Positions 8,857-16,139 are shown, counted from the first letter of the stretch. The stretch is DNA of 20,000 nucleotides from an uncultured virus (IMG/VR IMGVR_UViG_3300032285_000913) (IMGVR_UViG_3300032285_000913); one strand, 5' to 3'. Translations and numbers: made by a program. The notes: generated by a model from the letters alone, not told the origin.

Positions 8857-9240
8857 TTAGAATCCGCTGTTGGATTCAAATACAGACCAGAACTTTTCCA
8901 TGTCTGGAACATCATCAGGATGGATAGCCTTAATGCCTTCGGCTTCGTAAGCCTTTCTAGCACCAGCGTTGTCGTCAATTGCCAGGGTAGCGTCATGCAA
9001 CTTAGCAGCAGCCTCACGCTTCCACTTATTAGAATCTCTATAAGAATAAGGGTTCATAAGAAGAGAGTTATACTTAATACCAATCTTCTTTAGAATGGCT
9101 TCGGTCTCCGCACGGTCTTTGCGTTCTCTGCCAGTTACGATAATTACTCTAGTCTTAAGAGAGTTAACGTAGTCAATAGTTTTCTTGATAGGGTACTGCC
9201 CTGCTCGTAGAATGGTGTCATCAATATCACAAATAATCAT
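8857..9240 (-). CDS. HAD-superfamily phosphatase (PNKP phosphatase-like), leaderless
   Basis: CDIDDT motif I, VTGR motif II, K, IDD motif IV; TATAAT-N6-ATG. Confidence 0.85.
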   Translation of the reverse strand: MIICDIDDTILRAGQYPIKKTIDYVNSLKTRVIIVTGRERKDRAETEAILKKIGIKYNSLLMNPYSYRDSNKWKREAAAKLHDATLAIDDNAGARKAYEAEGIKAIHPDDVPDMEKFWSVFESNSGF

Positions 9241-9297
9241 GTATCTATTATATCAGAGACCCTGGACATTGTAAAGGATGTAGTGTATAATAGTATT

Positions 9298-9525
9298 ATG
9301 AATTGTCCCCTATGTAATAATCCAATGGTTGATGTGGTTTACGGATTCCCCACATTTGAAATGATAGAACTAGCCAAAGAAGATAAACTTGTATTAGGTG
9401 GTATACCTAAGCCATTTGACTTTAAGCCTACTCACTTTTGCTATGAGTGTCTTGAGCAGTATCCTCAGAATGAACCTGAGTACGACACTGACAGTCACAC
9501 ACCCACGTTTTCTCATGGTAAGTAA
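9298..9525 (+). CDS. Zn-ribbon protein (leaderless)
   Basis: CPLC...VYG.P...LGG...CYEC; TGGACA-N17-TATAAT (9263-9291) 6 nt before ATG 9298. Confidence 0.7.
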   Translation: MNCPLCNNPMVDVVYGFPTFEMIELAKEDKLVLGGIPKPFDFKPTHFCYECLEQYPQNEPEYDTDSHTPTFSHGK

Positions 9526-9583
9526 TAGAAGGTTTGCATGAGGCATGGTTGCCAGTCATACACCATCCGCATTTAGAACTCAT
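9428..9583 (-). CDS. Small Cys/His-rich protein
   Basis: MSSKCGWCMTGNHASC...WVCDCQC; last gene of a coupled minus-strand operon. Confidence 0.55.
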   Translation of the reverse strand: MSSKCGWCMTGNHASCKPSITYHEKTWVCDCQCRTQVHSEDTAQDTHSKSE

Positions 9584-9692
9584 CTTCGTCGTTAGACCAA
9601 TCCAAAATGTCTCTCTTGGAGTCACCTAGCCAAGCCAATAACAAAATGATTGGCAATCCAACAATAAGAAAAAGTATTTCTACCCAATTCAT
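9573..9692 (-). CDS. Small single-TM protein (39 aa)
   Basis: MNWVEILFLIVGLPIILLLAWLGDSKRDILDWSNDEDEF; ATGA coupling with upstream ORF. Confidence 0.55.
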   Translation of the reverse strand: MNWVEILFLIVGLPIILLLAWLGDSKRDILDWSNDEDEF

Positions 9693-9850
9693 ACTTCAAT
9701 ATCCTTTTCAATAAGAGCGATAACCCAATCAGAACAGACAGAATCTTGTTCCTCAAGCATCTTAATAATTTCTTTTATTGCATCCTCTTTAATGTGATGG
9801 CAACAGACACAGTCTGGACCATCGTAATAGGGGTTCTTAAAATCACGCAC
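9689..9850 (-). CDS. Small hypothetical protein (53 aa, GTG start)
   Basis: MRDFKNPYYDGPDCVCCHHIKEDAIKEIIKMLEEQDSVCSDWVIALIEKDIEV; overlaps both neighbours. Confidence 0.55.
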   Translation of the reverse strand: MRDFKNPYYDGPDCVCCHHIKEDAIKEIIKMLEEQDSVCSDWVIALIEKDIEV

Positions 9851-10019
9851 GGTAATTCCCACGGTTCATGCCAGCAATATATCCAGCCTGGAAAGCCAAT
9901 AACTCTGCCCTGGTTGGTGGGGAAGACAAACTAAGAATCCAATCCTCAGTATCCTTAACAGCCTTCTTTTTAATTGTATTGATAATACGCTCGTTATCTC
10001 TACGAGTCTTTCTATCCAT
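9843..10019 (-). CDS. Small hypothetical protein (58 aa)
   Basis: MDRKTRRDNERIINTIKKKAVKDTEDW...AFQAGYIAGMNRG; TAATG coupling. Confidence 0.6.
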   Translation of the reverse strand: MDRKTRRDNERIINTIKKKAVKDTEDWILSLSSPPTRAELLAFQAGYIAGMNRGNYRA

Positions 10020-10132
10020 TAGTTTACCTTTACTAGTCTACGCTTTGCAGGGTCAAAGACCTTTGGGCTTTTCTTAGAAGCCTTGCCATTCTGGCGGTTG
10101 CTATTGCGTGTTGATGTTTTCTTTGCAGCCAT
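10019..10132 (-). CDS. Small highly basic protein (37 aa)
   Basis: MAAKKTSTRNSNRQNGKASKKSPKVFDPAKRRLVKVN; abuts both neighbours. Confidence 0.55.
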   Translation of the reverse strand: MAAKKTSTRNSNRQNGKASKKSPKVFDPAKRRLVKVN

Positions 10133-10133
10133 A

Positions 10134-10328
10134 CTATTCTACCAAACTTTCTTCTGTTTTGTCAAATGGGAAAACATCATAACCAAAGCAAGCCTCAATG
10201 TATTTTCTGCGTAGGATATCTGGAATAATATTAACAATGTCTTGTCCTTCAATCTCCACAGAGTCTCCAGCAACCTCTACAACGTAGATGCGTTCTGGAT
10301 AAATGATGTACCGATATTTGTCTGTCAT
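10134..10328 (-). CDS. Hypothetical protein (leaderless)
   Basis: TATAAT-N6-ATG (MTDKYRY...) gives a better start than 10379. Confidence 0.65.
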   Translation of the reverse strand: MTDKYRYIIYPERIYVVEVAGDSVEIEGQDIVNIIPDILRRKYIEACFGYDVFPFDKTEESLVE

Positions 10329-10344
10329 ATTTATATTATAGCAC

Positions 10345-10373
10345 TTGACAATGACTTCTGTATGCCTTATAAT
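10345..10373 (+). promoter_or_regulatory. Consensus sigma70/SigA promoter
   Basis: TTGACA-N17-TATAAT, 6 nt before ATG 10380; back-to-back with a minus-strand -10. Confidence 0.85.
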
Positions 10374-10379
10374 GGACAC

Positions 10380-10574
10380 ATGGGAAAATTAAAAGATTTA
10401 GATGCACAAGGGGTTACTGACCTCACTTCATACCTTATCGGTATCATCAATGAGCGTGAGCGTTTCGTTGATTTCTTAGCAGCCGAAGCAAAGCGTACAG
10501 GGCTAGGCTTCATACAATATCAAACTATTCTAGAGTTCATTCAAAGTTCGGGCGAAAAGTTCGGCGGTGAATAG
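10380..10574 (+). CDS. Hypothetical protein (leaderless)
   Basis: MGKLKDLDAQG...; start defined by the promoter. Confidence 0.65.
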   Translation: MGKLKDLDAQGVTDLTSYLIGIINERERFVDFLAAEAKRTGLGFIQYQTILEFIQSSGEKFGGE

Positions 10575-10586
10575 AGGTCTATCCGC

Positions 10587-10615
10587 TTGACAAGCAAGCG
10601 AGTATCCTGTATAAT
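10587..10615 (+). promoter_or_regulatory. Consensus sigma70/SigA promoter
   Basis: TTGACA-N17-TATAAT. Confidence 0.85.
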
Positions 10616-10646
10616 AATATAAGGTCCATTAAACGAGAGAGAACGT

Positions 10647-11144
10647 ATGCAAACCTTTTTACCTTACAAAGACTTTGACAAGTCTGCACAAGCACTAGAC
10701 AGCAAGCGACTTAACAAGCAGATTCTAGAGTGCTACCAAATCCTAAAAGTACTATCCAACCCAGACCCACGAGCAGGATGGCGTAACCATCCAGCCGTGA
10801 AGATGTGGCGTGGCTATGAACACCTACTACTTGACTACACCATGTCTATGGTTAGAGAAGCAAATGAACGTGGCATTAAGACCGATAAGAACATGCAGAA
10901 CATTGTAGACCTTATTAACACCCACGCAATTGACTGGGGATTCGAAATCCCTGCTTGGTATGAAGATGATGTTAAGATGAAGCGTCTTACCACTACACAC
11001 AAAGCGAACCTATACAAGAAAGACCCAACATACTACTTTGAATTCTTTAGTGCGTTAGCGAAAAGCAACCCATGTTGCCCTGACCGTAAAGAACCTTGTA
11101 AGTATTATTGGGTTGCACATGAGGAAAATTATGCAGTTGCCTAA
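10647..11144 (+). CDS. Pyrimidine dimer DNA glycosylase / endonuclease V-like (MSMEG_6728-like)
   Basis: MQTFLPY..F..SA..LD.KRL.KQ..E..QI, W.NHPAV.MW.GY, H..NL..KDP.YY. Confidence 0.85.
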   Translation: MQTFLPYKDFDKSAQALDSKRLNKQILECYQILKVLSNPDPRAGWRNHPAVKMWRGYEHLLLDYTMSMVREANERGIKTDKNMQNIVDLINTHAIDWGFEIPAWYEDDVKMKRLTTTHKANLYKKDPTYYFEFFSALAKSNPCCPDRKEPCKYYWVAHEENYAVA

Positions 11145-11379
11145 GATATTTAAATGGCGTTTACGCCTAATCCAACAAGGTTACGACCTTGGTTGGGAAC
11201 ATGGCTATGAAGCAGGTATGGAAGAATGCCACAAGCAGATTATGGACAAGGTAAATAAGTTTGTTCATGATGTTAACTGGTTGAAAGAAGAACCATACAC
11301 TCGTAAAGAGATTATAGAAGCAATTAAGAAACACGAACCTGACCTAGAACCGATTGGATGGAACAATGGACATGAATAG
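11131..11379 (+). CDS. Hypothetical protein
   Basis: GAGGA RBS before MQLPK; G(Y/W)xxG repeats. Confidence 0.6.
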   Translation: MQLPKIFKWRLRLIQQGYDLGWEHGYEAGMEECHKQIMDKVNKFVHDVNWLKEEPYTRKEIIEAIKKHEPDLEPIGWNNGHE

Positions 11380-11527
11380 ATTATTAACTAATTTGGAAAA
11401 TGTAGTTAAAATTCAAACTGGAAATGAAATAATTCATTTTCTAGAAAAATTACAAAAAGAAGACCACAGCATTAATTTGTATGGTGCGATTGTTCTACTA
11501 AAGGAGAAGTATGGTTCATCTAACTAA
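11372..11527 (+). CDS. Small hypothetical protein (51 aa)
   Basis: MNRLLTNLENVVKIQTGNEIIHFLEKLQ...; fills the gap and overlaps both neighbours. Confidence 0.5.
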   Translation: MNRLLTNLENVVKIQTGNEIIHFLEKLQKEDHSINLYGAIVLLKEKYGSSN

Positions 11528-12107
11528 AATCTACACCAAGACTGGTGACGATGGTACAACTGCTCTAGGAGATAATTCCAGGGTATCTAAGACTGACCCA
11601 CTAATTGAAGCATATTCCACAGTAGATGAAGCAAACTCTGCTATTGGTATGATTATGGCTTTTGGCACTATGGGGTCGAATGGGCACAGTGTTTTGCATA
11701 GGCTACAGAATGAACTCTTTGATGTAGGTGCAGACCTATGCACACCCATCGTAAAGGAGCATGACGGTAAACTGCGAGTAACAGAGCAGATGGTTAAGAA
11801 TCTTGAATTAGATATTGATTTATATAATATAACGCTAAAACCGCTAAACTCCTTCGTAATGCCAGGTGGCAATCAAACATCAGCACTGTTCCACAATGCC
11901 AGAACAATTGTTCGTAGGGCAGAGCGTAGAGCATGGGCGGTAGATGAATTCAGGTTCACAAACCCTCTAGTAAAACAATACCTAAATAGACTATCAGACC
12001 TAATGTTCGTAATGGCTAGGTTCTACAATGAGCATGAAGAACTATGGAATCCAGGTGGAGAACAACATCCACCAAAGCGATTCAGGGATATAGGTAACGC
12101 AGAATGA
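11511..12107 (+). CDS. pduO: ATP:cob(I)alamin adenosyltransferase, PduO type
   Basis: IYTKTGDDGTT.L...RV.K, VDEANS.IG, QN.LFD.GADL, F..PGG, ARTIVRRAER, YLNRLSD..F..AR. Confidence 0.93.
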   Translation: MVHLTKIYTKTGDDGTTALGDNSRVSKTDPLIEAYSTVDEANSAIGMIMAFGTMGSNGHSVLHRLQNELFDVGADLCTPIVKEHDGKLRVTEQMVKNLELDIDLYNITLKPLNSFVMPGGNQTSALFHNARTIVRRAERRAWAVDEFRFTNPLVKQYLNRLSDLMFVMARFYNEHEELWNPGGEQHPPKRFRDIGNAE

Positions 12108-12307
12108 TGCATGATGAAGGACTAAATATTCTTGCTGCGATTGACAATGCCTATAAAACAGGTGTCAATGAGGAGCGAGACCGTATAGTTAAATTGCTAG
12201 AAAGTCTTGAGCATTCAACTACACATAGTATCTGGGACTATAATGATAAAGTAGCCTCAGTAATTGCACTTATTAAAAATTCGGGGCATACAAAAGATGC
12301 TTCGTAA
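12104..12307 (+). CDS. Hypothetical protein
   Basis: ATGA coupling; AY..G...ER.RI..LL motif common in small phage proteins. Confidence 0.6.
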   Translation: MMHDEGLNILAAIDNAYKTGVNEERDRIVKLLESLEHSTTHSIWDYNDKVASVIALIKNSGHTKDAS

Positions 12308-12330
12308 TCCTAGTAGAAAGAATACACCTA

Positions 12331-12483
12331 ATGAGAATACAGTTTAAACGATATAGGCTCATATCATCCAAGAAGCCATATAGTCTTGAATTCATAAGAA
12401 CCAAAGAGGTTTGGATGATAAGAGGAAATACGCCTAAATGGCTATGGGGCTTTGGCATTGTCTTTGATACCCCACAAAAATAG
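12331..12483 (+). CDS. Small hypothetical protein (50 aa)
   Basis: MRIQFKRYRLISSKKPYSLEF...; AGAAAG RBS upstream. Confidence 0.4.
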   Translation: MRIQFKRYRLISSKKPYSLEFIRTKEVWMIRGNTPKWLWGFGIVFDTPQK

Positions 12484-12487
12484 AGAG

Positions 12488-12540
12488 TTATCCACAAGTA
12501 AACTAAAGTTTTCCACAGGTTATCCACATAGTTATCCACA
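12488..12540 (+). promoter_or_regulatory. Cluster of four DnaA boxes
   Basis: TTATCCACA at 12488, 12520 and 12532; TTTTCCACA at 12509; all same orientation. Confidence 0.8.
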
Positions 12541-13150
12541 GATAAATATTACTGTTGATAATGGTTTTCATTAAGGATAGGGATGTTGGAAAGAATAGTG
12601 TGTAATAGTGCAAATCATTAACAGGCTTCGTAATCATTTTCCCAAATCCCCCTATCGTAATAAAATTGTTATATTCCCATAGCGACCAAATCGTTATATA
12701 AATGTAACATTTTATTTAAATTTATTTAATAAATGATAATGATTATCAATAATAAATTAAATAAATAAATAAAAACATATATAAATATGGGAAAAATAAA
12801 CAGGGGTTCGTAATAGGTGTTATATCTCTACTAGGGATATCAGGCATGCTTCGTAATACCCTGGCAAAGCCAGCCCCCATTCGGGGGTATTTAAACAACC
12901 ATCGTAAAGGAGAATTACCTATAGTATAAACATATAGCATATACCACTGACATTATATTTCGGGAAAAATATTTTGGGGTTCGTAATATGGGGTTATCTT
13001 TATTTAAACAAATATGGATTTCCTGGAAAAATTTCGACCATCGTAATATCGGGATATGTCAAACAAATCTATTTGGGATTTTCATCTATACACACTTTTG
13101 GCGATTTGTCAATAGGTGTTACCAAATTGTTATAATTTTCTGCGCAGAAA

Positions 13151-13173
13151 TCCCGATGCCTGGTGGCAAGGGG
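13151..13173 (-). terminator. Probable terminator hairpin
   Basis: Minus strand TCCCTTGCC-ACCA-GGCATCGGGA then TTTC, just after the 13186 stop. Confidence 0.5.
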
Positions 13174-13185
13174 ATAACTATTTAT

Positions 13186-13362
13186 CTATTCAAGCACATC
13201 TAGTTCGTCTAGGTTCTGGGTCATGTCTTCCCAAACAAAGTAGTTCATTGTCTCATAGATAGAGCGAGACAGTTTGTCCCACTGCTCGTCTGTGAATGTG
13301 CGATTAGCCCACAACTCTACTGCTGTGCGAGTTACTGTGTATGTTACTTCTTGATTAGTCAT
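13186..13362 (-). CDS. Small hypothetical protein (58 aa, leaderless)
   Basis: MTNQEVTYTVTRTAVELWANRTFTDEQWDKL...; TATAAT-N6-ATG. Confidence 0.65.
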   Translation of the reverse strand: MTNQEVTYTVTRTAVELWANRTFTDEQWDKLSRSIYETMNYFVWEDMTQNLDELDVLE

Positions 13363-13368
13363 AGTTAC

Positions 13369-13397
13369 ATTATACCCTTACCCACCGACATTTTAGC
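13369..13397 (-). promoter_or_regulatory. ATGTC-box promoter
   Basis: GCTAAA-ATGTCGGTGGGTAAGGG-TATAAT. Confidence 0.7.
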
Positions 13398-13659
13398 GTG
13401 GTGCTTGTAGAAATACATCATCAAGTTCTTCGAAGCCTTCATCTTCTACTTCAAGACTGGCTAGGAGCAGAGAGAACGTTTCATCAATAAACTTATTAGC
13501 CATCTCGGTTGTCTTCACAATACCAGATGATACAACATAGGCTAGTGGTAACCCAATGTCATTATAACTAATAAAATCTGTAAAGTTCTCGTCATCCCTG
13601 TAAGTCATCCACAGTTCGGCAAGGATACTAGCCTTATTCTCTAATGTTGTCTCGCTCAT
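13393..13659 (-). CDS. Hypothetical phage protein
   Basis: 88 aa acidic ORF (ILAELW..Y...F.DF..YND.GLPLAY); GGAAAG RBS. Confidence 0.75.
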   Translation of the reverse strand: MSETTLENKASILAELWMTYRDDENFTDFISYNDIGLPLAYVVSSGIVKTTEMANKFIDETFSLLLASLEVEDEGFEELDDVFLQAPR

Positions 13660-13834
13660 GTTTCTTTCCTTCTCGCTCTTCCTTAGCCGCTTCTGCTATC
13701 AGCATAAACCTTCTAAATGCTACATTGGGCAGATACCACGCTAAATACTTTCCTGCTATGTCTAAGTCAAATCTCAAATCACTAATAAGATTACTTACAA
13801 CAGTAGCAAACTTCTCTTCATTTGTTTTACTCAC
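13634..13834 (-). CDS. Hypothetical phage protein
   Basis: GTG start downstream of TTGCCT-N17-TATAAT (13858-13886). Confidence 0.7.
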   Translation of the reverse strand: MSKTNEEKFATVVSNLISDLRFDLDIAGKYLAWYLPNVAFRRFMLIAEAAKEEREGKKHERDNIRE

Positions 13835-13872
13835 TTTACTCTATTCTCTTATGTTCTATTATACCAAAATGT

Positions 13873-13912
13873 TGTGGGGAAGGCAAGCACTAATTTGCCC
13901 ACCCTCCCCACA
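13873..13912 (-). terminator. Hairpin / probable terminator
   Basis: TGTGGGGA...TCCCCACA with an inner GGCAA/TTGCC stem, after the 13938 stop. Confidence 0.5.
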
Positions 13913-13937
13913 TGTGACGGAATCGGAAACCCCTAAC

Positions 13938-14297
13938 CTATCCGTCATTGGTAGGGAGTGCTCTCAACCCACCAAGTTTATTAATTTCATTAGTGTCATA
14001 TGCATTGGGTAGGGTCCCAAGCAGAGAGGCTAAACGTGGAGGAGCAATCTCCAGAAAGTTCTGTAGGCTGTCTGTCCAGTCCATACCGTACTCGTTTTCA
14101 GGGTACACGCTTCGAAGGTAACGTGCTTCTGCAAACGTTGTAGTAAACAGAATGTCAGTGTACCAGTTATCAGAGCGTTCAGCGTCCCATGAATAAACTA
14201 CAGGATTGATAGTTATAACGTCGTCCCATGTAGTCTCGTCAGTTTCAACGTTGTAGTCTTCTCTGAAGAAGATGTTTAGGTCCCAGTCTTTTTCCAT
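13938..14297 (-). CDS. Hypothetical acidic protein
   Basis: 119 aa ORF with TAATG coupling. Confidence 0.7.
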   Translation of the reverse strand: MEKDWDLNIFFREDYNVETDETTWDDVITINPVVYSWDAERSDNWYTDILFTTTFAEARYLRSVYPENEYGMDWTDSLQNFLEIAPPRLASLLGTLPNAYDTNEINKLGGLRALPTNDG

Positions 14298-14653
14298 TAG
14301 TCACCCCACACAGTCTTAGTTCCAGTGCCACCACATTCATGGCAGTTGTTTTTAGGGTCCACTTCGCCGTCATAGCAATCACAATCAATGTACTCGCATA
14401 CGACAATCTCAATGTCTTCAGTCCACATCTTATTAGTGATGTAGTATTGAATACGATTGACGTAGTGGTAGCCACTGACGATGTACACACCGTTGTCGCC
14501 ATCCATCTCGGTCCAGACAAACCGCTCGTCCTGCTGTGAGACGTAGTCAAGTTCATCACCATAGGTCTCGTAGGCAATTCCGTCATTAGTTATCTGGTTA
14601 GTCATAGGAAGATAGGTCTCTTCCCACTCTTGGTTAGTTATTGTCTTAGACAA
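14297..14653 (-). CDS. Hypothetical protein with C-terminal Zn-finger
   Basis: ETYG.E...V......VWT..DGD.G......GYH.VNRI.Y domain, then CDC...CHECGGTG. Confidence 0.75.
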   Translation of the reverse strand: MSKTITNQEWEETYLPMTNQITNDGIAYETYGDELDYVSQQDERFVWTEMDGDNGVYIVSGYHYVNRIQYYITNKMWTEDIEIVVCEYIDCDCYDGEVDPKNNCHECGGTGTKTVWGD

Positions 14654-14888
14654 TTCGCTGTCTCAATTCTTCTAGGGTTTTGTTGTCATACAGGTTACTA
14701 TTATACATCACACCTACGACATCTAATACCATCGTAACTGCATCGTGCCAGCCTTTCATGTGGGCTAGGTTAGTCAGTTCTGTGAGTTGCATGGAGAAGT
14801 CTTCTGAGTCATTGTTAGGAAATGATTCTACAAATGAATAGAGAAGGTCTATTGCTTCATCAAACTCTTGCTCGGTAACGTTAGTCAT
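14646..14888 (-). CDS. Hypothetical protein
   Basis: Coupled to both neighbours; contains an internal ATGTC-box promoter (14700-14728). Confidence 0.65.
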   Translation of the reverse strand: MTNVTEQEFDEAIDLLYSFVESFPNNDSEDFSMQLTELTNLAHMKGWHDAVTMVLDVVGVMYNSNLYDNKTLEELRQRIV

Positions 14889-15069
14889 TCTCAATCACCA
14901 AACACCATTCATCAACACCGAAGTCACGCAGGTAGGTGTGAATGTCTGCTTCTGCATAGTCAAGCACACGCTCACGGAATTGCTCTTCTGGAAAGTCTTC
15001 ACCAACCATAAAGCGAAGGTCATCTAGATTATAATCTAGTTCCATAACAATCTTGATAGACTTACTCAT
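14881..15069 (-). CDS. Hypothetical acidic protein
   Basis: MSKSIKIVMELDY...; overlaps the upstream stop. Confidence 0.65.
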   Translation of the reverse strand: MSKSIKIVMELDYNLDDLRFMVGEDFPEEQFRERVLDYAEADIHTYLRDFGVDEWCLVIEND

Positions 15070-15268
15070 CTTCATCCAACTCATCATTAGTGGTTACTGC
15101 TTCAACATCTACAGCATACCAACTGTCAGTGTAGCCCTTGTCAGACGAGTAGGGCTTCCACTCTTCTGATAGGTTCATTGCTAGTTCTTCTGCTTCATCG
15201 TAACTGTCTGCTTCTACTTCATAGGTGGTATCAAAGTGGAAGGAAATGCTTACTTCAAATGTAGCCAT
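15062..15268 (-). CDS. Small acidic protein, DpnD/PcfM-like
   Basis: F.V.I......YEVEADS.DEA...A pattern; AGAGAAAGAGA RBS; TTGACT-N17-TATACT promoter (15295-15323). Confidence 0.7.
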   Translation of the reverse strand: MATFEVSISFHFDTTYEVEADSYDEAEELAMNLSEEWKPYSSDKGYTDSWYAVDVEAVTTNDELDEDE

Positions 15269-15306
15269 TGGGGTCTCTTTCTCTAGGGTATTCTAGTATA
15301 GCAGGT

Positions 15307-15840
15307 TTAGAAGTGGAAGTCAATAGGAACAAGGAAAAACTTTGATACAGTTTTCGGGGTAACTAGGTCATGGTTATCCAACTTACTAAGAATGTGAGTA
15401 GCGTTGGTAGACCAGGCTGTAAAGTCAAAGAAGGCACTGTCGTAAAACCAGTCACCATTCTGAAAGCGTAGCATGTTCTTGAGCGAGTAGAACATAGGGT
15501 CGTAACTCATTACGCCACCATAGTTATCTAGTTTGCTAAGAATGTCCTGCTCCTTGACTTCAGCATACATGCGATTGTATTCTTCAATACGGTATTCGAT
15601 AGCCTTGTCAATCTTTGCTCGGAAGCCAACAGGGTCTTTATCGTAACTGATAATCATGTTAGTAGAGTTGTGGTAAGGGTCTTGCATTTGGTTCCAACGT
15701 CCACCACCAACAACAAACCAGTCATACCAACTGGAAGGGTTTTCTCCGTCACCCATTGCCTGGTTTAGTAGGCTCTCGGCTTCGTCTGCTGCAGTCTCTT
15801 CGTCGTCTGCTTCAACTGCTACCCATTGTAGAACGTGCAT
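15307..15840 (-). CDS. Conserved hypothetical phage protein
   Basis: MH.L..VAVEA...WYDWFVVGGGRW...LVPIDFHF; start placed after the AGAGAAAGAGA RBS. Confidence 0.78.
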   Translation of the reverse strand: MHVLQWVAVEADDEETAADEAESLLNQAMGDGENPSSWYDWFVVGGGRWNQMQDPYHNSTNMIISYDKDPVGFRAKIDKAIEYRIEEYNRMYAEVKEQDILSKLDNYGGVMSYDPMFYSLKNMLRFQNGDWFYDSAFFDFTAWSTNATHILSKLDNHDLVTPKTVSKFFLVPIDFHF

Positions 15841-15872
15841 AGGGGTTATCTCTTTCTCTTGGTTAGGTTTCA

Positions 15873-15901
15873 ATTATACACCCTACCACCGACATTGTAA
15901 A
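15873..15901 (-). promoter_or_regulatory. ATGTC-box promoter
   Basis: TTTACA-ATGTCGGTGGTAGGGTG-TATAAT. Confidence 0.8.
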
Positions 15902-15998
15902 GACCCAATTTTCTGGGAATTTTTAGTCTCTTCGTAATCGGTGAACAATGTCTAGCATGGTTACTTTACATAATAATTGGGCTGCGCAGAAATTGAAG

Positions 15999-16023
15999 CC
16001 CCTACTTCTCATAGAAGTAAGGG
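15999..16023 (-). terminator. Terminator-like hairpin
   Basis: CCCTTACTTCT-ATG-AGAAGTAGGGG on the minus strand, overlapping the stop at 16002. Confidence 0.55.
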
Positions 16024-16139
16024 TCAACAATTCTCAGTCTCAGCATGTTTAGAATAGTAGATGTAGGTAATTCGTCCACGCCTGGAATTGCCATGAAACT
16101 GTCAATGAGTTCCAAGACAACTTCTGTATCACTCTTCAT
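16002..16139 (-). CDS. Small hypothetical protein (45 aa)
   Basis: MKSDTEVVLELIDSFMAIPGVDELPTSTILNMLRLRIVDPYFYEK; overlaps upstream ORF. Confidence 0.5.
   Translation of the reverse strand: MKSDTEVVLELIDSFMAIPGVDELPTSTILNMLRLRIVDPYFYEK

Larger units (their letters stand above)
12302..13047 (+). repeat. Iteron-like TCGTAA(T) direct repeats around an AT-rich tract
   Basis: TCGTAA at 12302, 12628, 12655, 12808, 12851, 12902, 12981, 13041; near-pure A/T tract ~12705-12790. Confidence 0.65.

Noticed and set aside
9746..10077. Plus-strand ORFs 9746-9934 and 9868-10077
   Set aside because: The region is better explained by a tightly coupled chain of small minus-strand ORFs.
12468..12476. Possible fifth DnaA box TACCCCACA
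   Set aside because: Three mismatches to consensus and inside a probable small ORF.
12488..12540. Bacterial chromosomal oriC (window being host DNA)
   Set aside because: No dnaA, dnaN, rpmH or gyrB neighbours; gene content and density are phage-like throughout.
12273..13203. Track ORFs 12273-12539(-), 12746-12940(-) and 12988-13203(+)
   Set aside because: They translate DnaA boxes, AT tracts and repeats (e.g. VDNLWKT...LWIT), lack RBSs and have unnatural composition.
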